A DNA stretch of 63,848 bases, filler included, from Chiloscyllium plagiosum (GCF_004010195.1; 4 parts of one record of this genome joined end to end with filler, not necessarily neighbours in it), one strand, 5' to 3'. Shown: positions 24,776 through 37,162, counted from the whole stretch's first letter. Notes: generated by a model not told the origin, from the letters alone. Numbers and translations: made by a program.

Positions 24776-24994
24776 AGAATCATCAGTTAACATTCCCACT
24801 TCTGACCTTATGATGGAGTGAAGGTCATTGATGAAGCAGCTGAAGATGGTAGTGCTGAGAACACAACCCTGAGAGACTCCTGCAGAGATGTCCTGGAGCT
24901 CAGATGACTTCCAACAACTACAACCATCTTCCTATGTGCCAGGTCTGCCTCCAACCAGTGGAGATTTTGCCTCCTGATACCCATTGATATGACT

Positions 24995-26200
24995 GTATGA
25001 CTCCCACAGCTACCTGAACTACAACTCCTTCCACCTTCCCTCCTGTAAAAACATAATCCCTTATTCCTAATTCCTCCGCCTCTGCTGTATCTGCTCTCAG
25101 GAGGACCAATTCCATCATAGAAGATCCCAGATGGCCTCCTTCTTCAAAGACCCCAAATTTCCCCTCTCACATGGTTCTTGATGCCCTCCAGCACATCTCC
25201 TCCACTTCCCGTACCTCCATCTTTGAAACACACCCTCCCAATGCAACAAAGACCAAACCCTCTGGTCCTCACCTTCCACCCCACAAACCTCTGTGTACAT
25301 CGCATCATCGTCTGCCACCTCCAAACAGACCCCACCACTAGGGATATAATTCCCTCCCCACCCCATCAGCATTTTGGAGAGACTATTCTCTCCGCAATTC
25401 CCTTGTCAGATCCACGCCCCGACCAGCCCACACGCACTCTCAGCACCTTCCCCTGCCACCGCAGAAAGTGCAAATTCTGCGCCCACACCTCCCCCCCCAC
25501 CACTCTATCCAAGGCCCCAAAGGATCCTTCTACACCCGACAGAAATTTATCTGTGCTTCCACAAATATCATGTACTACATCGGTTGCACCTGATGTAGTC
25601 TCCTCTACATCGTGGAGACAGGACACCAACTTGCAGATCATTTCAGAGAACATCTCTGGGACACCTGCACCAACCAACCCCACAACCCTGTGGCTGAAAT
25701 TTTAACTCCCCCTCCCACTCCACCAAGGACATGCAGGTCCTGGGCCTCCTCCATCGCAAAACCCTAACCACTTGACGCCTGGAGGAAGAATGCTGCATCT
25801 TCCACATTGGGACCCTGCAACCACATGGAAATAATGTGGATTTCATCAGTAACCTCATTTCCTCTCCCCCTACCTTATCCCAGTCCCAAGCCTCCAATTC
25901 GGCACCACCCTCTTGATCTGTCCATCGTCCTTCCCATCTATCCACTCCATCATCCTCTCTGACTTATCACCTTCTTCCCCACCTTCATCTTCCTATTGCA
26001 TTCTCAGCTAACGTCCCCCCAGCCCCACCCCTCCTCCCATTTATGTCTCAGACCCCCGGCCCACAAGCCTCCTTCCTGATGAAGGGCTTATGCCCGAAAC
26101 ATCAATTCTCCTGCTCCTCGGATGCTGCCTGACTTGCTGTGCTTTTCCAGCACCACACTCTCAATTCTGATCTCCAGCATCTGCAGTCCTCACTTTCTCC
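24995..26200 (+). mobile_element. PLE family B 3' half (thumb, GIY-YIG, terminal repeat with HHR)
   Basis: PLVLTFHPTNL, TFPCHRRKCKFC, and GIY-YIG YYIGC...LYIVETG...DHFREHL. HHR motif at 26076-26103; ends CTCACTTTCTCC. Confidence 0.9.
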
Positions 26201-26560
26201 AAGCTTTTCTAGTACAGTTACAACACTGGCATCAACCCACTATGTGCAAAATTGCCTAGTATGTCCTCTGCACAGAAAAGCAGAACAAATCCAACCCAGC
26301 TAATTGCTGCCCATCAGTCTACTCTTGATCATTAAGAAAGTGGTGGAAGGTACCATTAACAATGCTATCAAGCAGCACCAGCTTAGCAACAACCTGCTCA
26401 CTGCTGCTCAGTTTGGGTTCTGCCAGAGCCCCTCAGTTCCTGACCTCATTACAGCCTTGGTTCAAACATTGATAAAAGAGCTGAATTCCAGAAATGAGGT
26501 GAGAGTGATAGCCTTTCACATCAAGGCCGCATTCAACTAAATGTGACATCATGGAACCCG
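26200..26560 (+). mobile_element. L2/CR1-clade RT fragment
   Basis: PISLLLIIKKVVEG...AQFGF...VIAFHIKAAFN. Confidence 0.75.
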
Positions 26561-26565
26561 AACAA

Positions 26566-26779
26566 CAGAGATGTACAGCATAGAAACAGACCCTTCGGTC
26601 CAACCCATCCATGCCGACCAGATATCCCAACCCAATCTAGTCCCACCTGCCAGCACCCGGCCCATATCCCTCCAAACCCTTCCTATTCATATACCCATCC
26701 AAATGCCTCTTAAATGTTGCAATTGTACCAGCCTCCACCACATCCTCTGGCAGCTCATTCCATGCACGTACCACCCTCT
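26566..26779 (-). mobile_element. CR1/HER1 3' tail, cut by the spacer
   Basis: Nearly identical to 3560-3772. Confidence 0.9.
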
Positions 26780-26879
26780 NNNNNNNNNNNNNNNNNNNNN
26801 NNNNNNNNNNNNNNNNNNNNNNNTTAATTAATTAANNNNNNNNNNNNNNNNNNNNNNNNNNNNNNNNNNNNNNNNNNNN
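26780..26879. other. Artificial 100-bp contig spacer
   Basis: 44 N + TTAATTAATTAA (stop codons in all six frames) + 44 N. Confidence 0.92.
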
Positions 26880-27179
26880 AAAACCTTACATTAAAATTAA
26901 AACCATTTAGAACGAAGATAAGGACAATCGTCCTCAGGCAACTAATTTTGAATCTACCAAATTCATTGTAAGAGACGGCTGTGAAGGCCATTCTATTGTG
27001 TATATCTAACACTAAGTTAGATCGGTTCTTGAATATCAAGGGGAACAAGAATTACAGGGGAATGTAGAAGAATGGGATTGAGAAATTATCACCCATGGTC
27101 GAATTGTGGAGCAGACTCGATGGGCTGAATGACCCAATTTGTATTTCCTGTGGTTTATAGTCAACATAAGTAGTGATAT

Positions 27180-28190
27180 CTTGGAAGGAAAAATGCCCGT
27201 ATTACACAGGACAAGGTGCTGGAACCGTTAACATGCATAAAGTATATTTCCCGAGGACCTCATCACGTGAGCCCTAGAATTCTGTGGAAATTTAGGGAAG
27301 TGATTATTGTGGTGCCTTGTTGAGATATTTGTACGACGGGTAAATACTGGTAAGCTGGGCTAAGATGGCACCACGATTTAGCAAAGGTGGAAAGGAAAAA
27401 GGAGGTAACAATGTGCAGTTGAGTCTGACATTTTTGGTGGGCACCGTGTTCGAAAGAACCCTGAAGGAAAGGATTTACATGCATTTGGAAAGGCAAGCAC
27501 TGATTAGAAATAGTCAACGTGTTTTTGTGCATAGGAAACCATGACTCACTAACTTGACTGAATTGTTTGAAGATGTAACATAGACGTTTGAAGAGGCAAG
27601 AGCGCTGTACATGAACTGTATATATTTCAGTAAGATTTCCAACAATGTTCCTCATGGTAGACTGCTTAACAAGGTTCGGTCACACGAAATATAGGGAGAA
27701 CTAACCATTTAGATACAGAACTGGCTCGAAGGTAAAAGGTAGAAGGTGTCGATGGGGGGTTGATTTCCAGACTGAAAGCATGTTATCAGTGGTGTTCCGC
27801 TAGGATCAGTGCTGGGTCCACTACATTTCGTCATTTATATAAATGATGTGGATGTGAGTATAAGGTGTATAGCTCGTGCGTTTGCAGATGGCACACACAT
27901 TGGAGGTGTAACCAGCCAGCATAGAAGATTACCTCAGAACACAACGGATCTTGATCAGATTGGCCAAAGAGCCGAGGACTGGCAGATGGAGTTCAATTTA
28001 GATCAAAGTGAGCGGCTGCATTTTGGAAAGTCTAATCAGGGCATAACCTATTCAGTACATGATAAGGTCCTGGTGGAATGTTGCTGAACAACGATACATT
28101 GTGGTTCAGGTTGATAGTTCCTCTAATATGGAGTCACAGGTAGATTGGATAGTGAGAAAGGCATTTGATATGCTTTCCCTTATTGGCAGA
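27180..28190 (+). mobile_element. Diverged CR1 RT fragment
   Basis: SGVPLGSVLGPLHFVIYIND, FADGT and WQMEFN motifs. Confidence 0.85.
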
Positions 28191-28192
28191 TT

Positions 28193-28382
28193 GCAGGAGA
28201 ATCGACGTTTCGGGCATAAGCCCTTCTTCAGGAATCATTCCATATGATTCATTCCTGAAGAAGGGCTCATGCCCGAAACATCGATTCTCCTACTCCTTGG
28301 ATGCTGCCTGACCTGCTGCACTTTTCCAGCAACACATTTTCAGCTCTAATCTACAGCATCTGCAGTCCTCACTTTCTCCTAG
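28193..28382. mobile_element. PLE family B inverted terminal-repeat pair with two HHR motifs
   Basis: Minus-strand HHR at 28202-28234 and plus-strand HHR at ~28255-28283, head to head. It sits at the junction between oppositely oriented CR1 fragments. Confidence 0.85.
28202..28234 (-). ncRNA. Minimal hammerhead ribozyme motif (family B), core intact
   Basis: CUGAAGA-A-GGGCUUAUGCCC-GAAACGUC-GA on the minus strand. Confidence 0.8.
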
Positions 28383-28945
28383 AAAACATGCCCTGCCCTG
28401 CACAAAGCCATGCTGACTGTCCCTCCCTCGGCCATGGTTTTCCAAATGCATATCAATCCTATCCCTAAGAATTCCCTCCAATACTTCCACAACCACTGAT
28501 GTGAGACTCATCAGTCTATAGTTTCCTGGATTATTCCTATTTCCCTTCTTGAATAGAGGAACAACATTAGTGACTTGCCAGTCCTCCAGAACCTCTCCAC
28601 TGGCTAGTGGGGATACAAAGATCTCGGTCTAGGCCCCAACAATCTCTCCTCATGTCTCTCTCAATAAACTGGTGTAAATCCCGTAGGCCCTGGGGACTTA
28701 TCCAGCTTAACGTTCTTCAAAAGATCCACTACCACTTCTTCCTAGCATATTAGTAATCTCTACACAAATCTCACTATCTGCCATGCCCTTCTCCTGGGTG
28801 AATACAGAAACAAAGTAGTCATTTATGATCATGCCTCTGCCTCCAAAGACAAGTTGCCTCCTTTATCCTTGAGTGGTCCCACCTTCTCCCTAGTTTTTCT
28901 TTTGTTTTTAAAGTGTTTACAGAATGTCTTGGGATTCCCCCTCAT
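28383..28945 (-). mobile_element. CR1 ORF2 fragment
   Basis: GNYRLMSLTSVVVEVLEGILRDRI...SQHGFVQGRAC. Confidence 0.85.
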
Positions 28946-29429
28946 ATCTAGAGATGGATGCTGGTCACACACCTTCCATCTACATCCATAACATTAACCC
29001 ATCAATTCACCACGTTCAAATGCCAGTCACAAGATCTAAAACCAGGAACATTTTATTTGGTTTAGAAAGGAACATTTCAGAATTAATGTATCCTCACTTT
29101 CCGAGCTCACGAAATTAAAAAAACCTAGTTAAGAGGCATTTAAATCTGAACAAAAACACATGCACTGGCAACTGGCAAATTGTTTTGTCCGCGGAATACA
29201 CGCTGAATTGTTGATTCATGGTAATGGTATCGTAATGGATACCAGAAATCATTCATTCTGAAGAAAGGATTGTTTTTCGGGAAAAAAAAGGACATGGTGC
29301 TCATGTCAAGCTTCCTTTCTGCAGAATGAATGAATGCACCGCAGACTCCACATCATTCACTCAACCACAGAGAAACAAAAGGAAAAGTGAAGAAATCCCA
29401 CTGGAAATCAAATGTCGAAAAATAAAGTC

Positions 29430-29778
29430 AAGTGCACACGCCTCACTCAGTCTGCGCCTTTAGCTCCAGGTCTGTGAATGGTTCCTGCATACGCGCTGCA
29501 GAAAGGCGTGCGCTCTGAGTTCTACCAACCCTGGCAGCCTGAACACTGCCTTCCCCATTCTGTCCCTCGCGCTCCCGCTCACTCACCCACAGCTTCGCTC
29601 AAGTTGCTCAACGTTAAAGCATTGCTTTACTAAGGAAGCTGGCGATTCTGTGCTCTGAATGTAGAGGGGACAGCTCTGCTGCCTGGAAGAAAGAAACGGG
29701 AAACAGCAAATAATGACTGAGAGAAAGAGGACAAGACTAAGAAGGCGGTCTTCCCTAAGAAATTGAAAGATGGTGAGT
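29430..29778 (+). promoter_or_regulatory. Candidate CpG-rich promoter and first exon ending in ATG plus a 5' splice donor
   Basis: Non-repetitive CpG-dense stretch with GCGC motifs. AAGATG|GTGAGT at 29767-29778 has A at -3, a consensus donor and an in-frame upstream TGA. Confidence 0.55.
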
Positions 29779-29864
29779 AGCGCCTTTGCTGGTCTCACTT
29801 GGAAGAGCATCGTCACAAAGCAGTTTTGAAATCTGCTCGCTTACGTACTGTACACCAAAAGTAG

Positions 29865-30034
29865 GAGACGCAAAACATTATAGTCCAACAGGTTTGTTTG
29901 AAGTCGCAAGCTTACTGAGAGGAGCCCCATCTTCCGAAAGCTTTTGATTTCAAATAAAACTGTTGGAGTATAACCTGATGTGGTGTGACTTCTGAGTTTG
30001 TCCACGCCAGTCCAACCCAGGTACCGACACATCA
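29865..30034. mobile_element. Short PLE family A-like inverted pLTR insertion
   Basis: TTATAGTCCAACAG...CTGTTGGAGTATAA inverted pair with a remnant CCGAAAGCT. 16-bp TSD TGTACACCAAAAGTAG / TGTACGCCAAATGTAG (29849-29864, 30035-30050; 2 mismatches). Confidence 0.78.
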
Positions 30035-30480
30035 TGTACGCCAAATGTAGTAAAGAGAGAAAAGACACAAACTCTTAGATTGGGGAATCTAGGATTCCGG
30101 GATGCGTGAATGGTTGGCATGCTATCATCCGGGAAACCTCCACAACCCGTTAAGATATCTCTATTCCAATTTAGTCTCTTTGGCATGCCTGATTTCCTTT
30201 TCTACGCCGTTAGTGGGCATGCCTTTAATTAAAGTGGAAACCAAACTGTGGAATTTCTTCCCTGAATTTCAGCATTTCTATCTCTACTCCGTTTAAGACC
30301 CGTCTTTAAAACGACTTCGCTGGTCAAGTGTTTGCACATCTTTCCTAGTATCAATTATAAATATGACCAGAAATAAACTCGATCCACCCAGTAGGTCAAA
30401 TTGAATATGTGCAGAGACAAGCAGTTGTATTGAATTTTGTCGAAATGAATATCAGTTCATTGGGTTGTCTCAAGTTGGCA

Positions 30481-30546
30481 TAGAGTCATAGAGATGTACA
30501 GCATGGAAACAGACCCTTCGGTCCAACCCGTCCATGCCGACCAGAT
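30481..30546 (-). mobile_element. CR1/HER1 extreme 3'-tail fragment
   Basis: TAGAGTCATAGAGATGTACAGCATGGAAACAGACCCTTCGG matches 3551-3616. Confidence 0.85.
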
Positions 30547-30996
30547 GTGTTTGGTAATCGCTCAATGTGAAGCATTTTTATTTTTAATTACATTAAAGAT
30601 GATGTAAAATTGCAAGTTGATGTAATTGCCGAAAGCCGGTCTAGTAGTCTGCTGCAGACTTTCATAATCGGCGTGACTCATAGGCTTCTGGAAACAATGT
30701 TAGACTGAGGCAAAACCTCTGAGTTTAAAGTAGCCAGTGGCAGGTCGTACAAAAACAGAATGGTGAAAGACTGGAAGAAATTTGATTATTCTATCCCAGG
30801 TAATAACACAGCGACACAAAACTGGTGAAAAGTAAGTTTCAAGAGGGATACAAACATGTTATAGAGATAAATTGATATATAAATAAATAAGAGGTTGGCA
30901 ACCGAAGTATGCATTATAATGTGGAAAAAAATGTGAAGTTGTTTGGAAGGAAGAACAAAAAGACAAGAATGTTACTTGAATAGAATTTTTTTTTTA

Positions 30997-31310
30997 CAGA
31001 ATCCCTACAGTATGGAAACAGGCCCTTGGCCCAACAAGTCCACACTGACCCTCCGAAGAGCATCCCACCCAGACCCATTCCCCTGACTAATGTACACATC
31101 CCTGAACACAATGGGACATTTTAGCATTGCCAATTCACCTAACCTGCACATCCTTAGACTGTGGGAAGGAAACTGGAGCACCTGGAGGAAACCAAAACAG
31201 ACACTGGGAGAATGTGCAAACTCCATACAGATCATCACCCAAAACTGGAATTGAACCCAGGTCCCCGGCACTGTAAGGCACCAGTGCTAACCACTGAATC
31301 CCATGCCATC
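30997..31310 (-). mobile_element. HE1-like V-SINE within an old CR1 remnant (~30720-31580)
   Basis: Diverged tRNA head, V-domain and tail. Confidence 0.88.
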
Positions 31311-31579
31311 CCAAGTCATACAAATGGAGAAAAAAAAAACTGCAGAAAGCTACAATAATAACGGGACTTGGGTTACTTGTGTACAAAACTAGCACACAGC
31401 TGCAGTAGGTAGTCAGGAAGACTAATTGAATGCTGGACCTTATTTGAAAGGGATCATACAAGTAGGAAGTCGTATTGCTACCATACAGAGTGCTGGTCAG
31501 ACCACATCTGGAACTGTGAGCAGTTTTGGTCCCCTTACCTAAAGAAACATATTATTTCATTGGATGCAGTTTACAGAAC

Positions 31580-32860
31580 CATACAGTAAGAAGAGGCCCT
31601 TTGGCCCATCAAGTTTACATCAATAAAAATATAGCATGACTGACTCTAACCCTATGTACCTGCACTAGACTCATTGCCTTGAATGTTATGATACAGCAAG
31701 TACTTATCCAAGTACCTTTTAAAGGTTATGAGGTTTCCTGCCTCAACTACCCTCCCAGGCATTCCAGACCCCTGCTGATTGAGTGGAAAAGTTTTTACTC
31801 AAGTCCCTTCTAAATCTTCTCCCTTTCACTTTAAAATTATGCCCCCATAGTAATGATCCTTTGACTGAGGGGAACAGCTGCTTTATATTGATACTGTTCA
31901 TACCTGTCATAACCTTATACACAACTATTAGGTCCACCCTCAACCATCGCTGCTTCAAAGAAAACATCACAAATTTATCCAGCCTCACATCATAGCTGAA
32001 ATGCTCCATTCCAGGCATCATCATGGTGAATCTCCTTTGCATCTCATCCACTGTAATCACATCCTTTTTTTAGTGGGGTGCCAAGAACTGCACACAGCAT
32101 TGTAGTTAAGAAAATTTCTGTTACAGCTCTGACGTGACCTCCCTACTCTTATAATCTATGATTTGGCAAGTGTCATGTTTGTCTTCTTAACCAAATTGTT
32201 AACATATCCAGTTACCTTCAGGGATCTGTGAACATCCCAAAATCTCTCTGCTCCTCTGAGCTTTGTAGTACTCTTGTAGTATTCATTGAGTACTCTTTTA
32301 CCTTGGTCCTTCTTCCAAAGCCTCACATTTATCAGGGTTCAATCCCATCTGCTGCTTATCTGCCCATTTGACCAATGCATTTATATCCTCTTGACAATTC
32401 CTCCTCACTGTCAACGACTCACCCAATCTTTGTGTCATCCAAGTTTACTTATCATGCCCCCTACATTCTGATCTACACCATTTATGAACATCCCAAACAA
32501 TAAGGTAGTGCATTGATCACACAACCTTCTACCCCCACTGTTTGTCCTATGTCATGAAGCCAATTTTGGATTCAACTTGTCAGGTTACCCTGGATCCCAT
32601 GAGCTTTTACCTTCTTCATCAGTTTCAATGTGATATCTTGTTGAAGGCCTTGCTGAACTAACACATGAAATCCATATAAACCGCCTTACCCTCACTCAAA
32701 AACTTGGTCACCACCTTAAAAATTACAATCATATTTTTTAGGCATGACCTCCCTTGAACAAAGCCATCTGACTATCCCTGATCAAAACTTCGTTCTCTAA
32801 ATGAAGATTAATTTTCTCCTTCACTATTTTCTCCACTATTTTCCCTACCACTGACTTTTA
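31580..32860 (-). mobile_element. CR1 RT and 3' remnant
   Basis: QRRFTMMMPGMEHFSY...GHNFKVKGRRFRRDL. Confidence 0.85.
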
Positions 32861-32928
32861 CTCAATGGTCTTCACAGATTGTTTACTGGGATGATCTCAG
32901 AATGGAAAAATTCTCTTATAACTTGTCT

Positions 32929-33282
32929 GGGGCTGCATGGTGGCTCAATGCTTAGTGCTTCTGCCTTACTGTGCCAGGGACCCCTGGCTCGATTCTACTG
33001 TTGGATGACTGTCTGTGTGGAATTTGCACATTCTTCCCATGTCTGCGTGGGCTTCTTTCGGGTGCTGGAGTTTCTCCCACAGATGAAAGATGTACAATTT
33101 AGTGGATTGACCATGCTAAATTGCCTTTTAGTGTCCAGGGAAGTATAGACTTGGTGAGTTAGCCATGGAAAATGCATGTTTCTCGGGGAGGAGGATGGAT
33201 TTGGGTGGGATGCTCTTTGAAGGGTCGGTGTGGACCTAGTGAGCCAAATGGTTTGCGATTCCACACTACAGGAATTCTATGT
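32929..33282 (+). mobile_element. Diverged HE1-like SINE within an old CR1 3' remnant (~32870-33680)
   Basis: GCATGGTGGCTCAATGCTTAG head, V-domain and tail. Confidence 0.82.
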
Positions 33283-33721
33283 AGGGCTGAACAGTTTGAG
33301 ACTCAATTCATTGGAATTTTTAAGAATAAGAGGTGATCTCAATTAGACATATAGGATTCTGAAGGGGTTAGACAGGGTAAATGCTGAGAGAATGTTTCCA
33401 CTCATGGACAGTCTAGGGCCAGAGGGCACAGGTTCAGAATAAAGGGGTGTCAATTTCAGCCTGAGATGAAAATGAATTTCTTGCCACAGAGGAACTTCTT
33501 GCCACAGTGAGGTGAGATAAATAGATTCTTGATCAGCAGCGGAATCAAGGGTTATGGAGAAAACACAGAAAAGTGGATGTGTGGAATGCTAGATCAGCAA
33601 TAATCCTAATTGACAGAGTAGGCTCGAGGGGCCAACTGGCCAACTCCTGTTCCTGTTTCTTGCGGTCTTACGATTCTAAATTGCATCTAGGTTTACAAGT
33701 GCTGGAATTCCACATCAATAT

Positions 33722-34060
33722 CATAGATCATAGAATCGTAGAATCCTTATAGTATGGAAACAGACCCTTTGAGCCAACAAGTCCACACTGATCATCTGAA
33801 GAGTAACCCCCCCACAGACATTCCCCTACATTTACCCTGACTAATGCATCTAACCGAACACTATGGGCAATTTAGCATGGCCAATCCACTTAACCTGCAC
33901 ATCTTTGGATTGTGGGAGGAAAGCCCACAACCTGGAGGAAGCCCTCACAGACACAGGGAGAATGTGCAAACTCCATTCAGACAATCGCCTGAGGCTGGAA
34001 TCGAACCCAGGTCCCTGGTGCTGTGAGACAGCAAGCTAACCACTGAGCCAGCATGCCACC
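33722..34060 (-). mobile_element. HE1-like V-SINE
   Basis: Head, V-domain and tail. Confidence 0.88.
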
Positions 34061-34612
34061 CTAAATTATATGCGATGGAAGGAGATGAACTGACATTTTT
34101 TAAAAGACAAACTTTACATATCCAGTTCACTTGTCCAAAATTGACATTCAAAATCCTGACTGACCTATCCAAAACTGGAAGGTCAATGTAGTGTTAACTT
34201 GAATACAGACAAATGTTGATCAGTACCATCTTAAGTATTCACTCACTTTACCACTTACACTGGTGGCAACAGTGTGTATAATCTACAGATGCACTGTAGG
34301 AGCTTGGCAATGTTCACTGAAGGATACCTTCCAAATCTACAACTTTTACCAAAAGGAAAGATCAAGAGCATGAGTTACATCGTAACACCTTCACCTGCAA
34401 ATTCTTCTCCAAGCCAAACACCATACTAACTGTTCCTTCACTGTTGCTACATCAAAACCTGGCAATTCAATGCTTAATCGCAGTTTAGTACACACACCAA
34501 AAGGCAGCACAAAGATCTGATTGTGGCCTTAATTCCCCTTTAATTCCTGCCAAGCCCCACTCATTACTTTGAATTTCTTTATAGATAAAAAAAACTGCCT
34601 AAATCAGCATCT

Positions 34613-34937
34613 GGCAACATGATGGCTCAGTGGTTAGCTTTGCTGCCTCACAATGCCAAGGATTCTGTGCGGAGTTTGAACATTCTTCCCGTGTCTGCAT
34701 GGGTTTCCTCCGAACGCTCTGGTTTCCTTCCCCAGTCCAAAGATATGCAGGTTAAGTGGATTGGCCATGCTAAATTGCCCATAGTGTCCAGGGATCTGTA
34801 AATTAGATGGATTAGCCATGAGAAATGCAGGGTTACAGGGATAGGCTAGGGTGGTCAGTCTGTGTGGAATGCTCTTCTGAGAGTTAGTGTGGACATGTTG
34901 GGCTGAATGGCCTGTTTCCACACGGTAGGGATTCTCT
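34613..34937 (+). mobile_element. HE1-like V-SINE with an internal deletion
   Basis: GGCAACATGATGGCTCAGTGGTTAGC head, V-domain and tail. Confidence 0.85.
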
Positions 34938-34964
34938 GACTGGTCATGCTGTAAAGTAGGGTGC

Positions 34965-37160
34965 GGAAAAGTTCAAGCAAGCAATTGTGATAGGGAACTC
35001 TCTAGTCATGAGCACAGACAGTCATTTTTGCAGCCCAGCAAGACCCCCTGATGCCGAGGTCACAACCTTTTTGGAGCAGAGGTTGTTACACACATTGGTA
35101 TTAATGACATAGGTCTAAAAAGGGATATGGTCCTGCAGAGTGAACATATGAAGTTCAGCAGGAGGTTAAAAAGCCGGACAACAAGGATAGTAATCTCTGG
35201 ATTACTCCCAGTGTAGTGAGAGTAGAAATAGGAGGATGGGATAGATGAATGCATGGATGGGAAGCTGGTACAGGCAGGTGGGATTCAGATTTTTGGATCA
35301 TCGGGAACTAAATTATCCCAAGAGGAATGGATTGCATCTGAACTGGAAAGGATCCAATATCCATTTGGGGAAATTTGCTCAGAAATGTTTAAACTAGTCT
35401 GGCAGTGAGGAGGGACTGGAAAGAGTAGTGAGACAAAACAGAAAGTTGAGACTGGCCCAGAAGTTAAAGAGAGCAAGTTAAATAGGACAAAGCAGACAAG
35501 CGCACAACAGGGAACAAGGGAAAACTGTTTAATTAAACTGCATTTACGTCATTGGAATAGGCCTAACAGATAAAGCAAAGCATTGGGAAATTGAGGAGTA
35601 ATAATGTCGGGAGATCACAGATCACTGTAAGAATAATAGGGTTGTAATAGTAGGGGATTTTAACTTTCCAACCATAGACTGGGATTGCCATCGTATGAAT
35701 GGCTTGTTTGAGGAGAAATTTGTTAAGTGTGTTCAAGAAACTTTTCTCAATGAATATGAAAATAACCCTACTAGAGAAGGGGCAAAACCCACATCCATTG
35801 AGAAAATAAGGCAGTGCAGGTGACTGATGTGTTACTGCAGGAGTGGTTTGGGACCAGTGACCATAATTCTATCAGTTTTAAAATAGTTATGTGTCGGAGA
35901 AATTACCCAATTGAACAGAGACCACACAAGTGCGGATCATGTGAAATTGACAACCTGTTTACTACAAGCAATATAACTGGAAGAGAATTTGATGAGTCTG
36001 ACACAGAATTGGCGGTCTGCACAGGTAGACCAAAGGTTCTCTTCCTCGAGCAGTGGGCACAGGCAGTTTTATAGGGGTACTGTAATATGGTGTGAATTAT
36101 AGAGCAATCAAGAGTAAAACATAATCAGTAGGAGGACAATCAGCCATCCAGTAGTAACAATCACTCTGTGATTGAGTTAGGAGATTCCAATCCTCTGTGA
36201 GAGTAGATGCTAATATCTCTCATCCTGGCATCAATGGGTTTCCATTGATGTTAGTCCACAAGAGAGATACCTTTGTGCCTTTCAGTCTGAGCAACCTTTA
36301 TAGAGTTCCAGTATGTGTGAGGAGCAAGGCTGCCTTTAGGGCTTCAGGATTGGTTGTGCTTATTAAGGGCTAGGAAGTCTATTGTCAGGCTGTTTCGGGA
36401 AATGTATTTCCCAGTCCAAAGTGGCTTGAGTCATCTCCTGTTTGCTGCCTCGTGTCTTAGTTAGCCTGTTTGGTCAAGGCTGAGGCAAAATGGGTAGTTT
36501 CTGTTGTGGCTTAGGCAGACATGGTTCCTTATGCTGCTTGTGGCCATGCTGTGGGTGGACAGGATAGCGGATTTTCTCCCACATTATTGAAAAGGATAAA
36601 TCTGTTCCAAAGGTTAAAGTTCTAATTTGGGGCAAGGACAATTTTGATGTTATTAGAAAGGAACTTTCAAAAGTTTATTGGGGGAGTTGACCGTTCGCAA
36701 GCAAAGGGACATCTGGCTTTCAGAAGCGAGATAATAGGGCCAGCATGTTGCTGTTATGTAAAGGGCAAAGCTGGCAGGAATAGGAAACACTGGATGACTC
36801 GAGATATTGAGGTTCTAGTCAAGAAAAAGAAGGAGGCATATGTCAGGTATCAAGTGAATCATGTGAATCCCTTGAGGAGTTTGGGAGTGTGGAGGTGTAC
36901 TTAAGAGAGAAATCAGGAGGGAAAAAAGGGAATTTGGGATAGCTTTAGCAGATAGGGTAAAAGAAAGTCCAAAGAGATTCTACAAATGTATTAAGGGCAA
37001 AAGAGTAACTATGGAGAGAATAGGGCCCCTTAAAGATCAACAAGGCCATCTATATATAGTATCACAGGAGATGGGTCAGATCCTAAACAAGTATTTTTTC
37101 ATCAGTATTTACTGTGGAGAAACAAATACATGAAACTCAGGGAAGTAAATAGTAAAGTCT
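34965..37160 (+). mobile_element. Decayed CR1 (ORF1 esterase end plus ORF2 APE/linker)
   Basis: IVIGNSLV, VIISGLLP, VGDFNFP, FGTSDHNSISFKIV and HWMTRDIEVLVKKKKEAY motifs. Confidence 0.85.
35892..36583 (-). mobile_element. Solo LTR inserted into CR1
   Basis: TG...CA ends with short inverted termini (TGTCGGAGAAA / TTTCTCCCACA) and flanks TTATG / TTATT. On the minus strand, TATAAAA at ~36067-36073 and AGTAAA at ~35957-35962. The CR1 reading FKIVM|EKD resumes after it. Confidence 0.8.
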
Positions 37161-37162
37161 CG

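Larger units (their letters stand above)
23443..24990 (-). mobile_element. Old L2/CR1-clade LINE remnant, interrupted by younger elements
   Basis: Reverse-complement similarity to the RT C-terminus of an L2/CR1-clade LINE, resembling the family of the + fragment at 26200-26560. Confidence 0.6.

Noticed and set aside
28355..28382. 3' splice site (CTCACTTTCTCCTAG) at the end of the family B repeat, suggesting a retained PLE intron
   Set aside because: The AG is not consistent among copies (CCTAAT at ~42244, CCAAG at ~26199), and I could not identify a matching donor.
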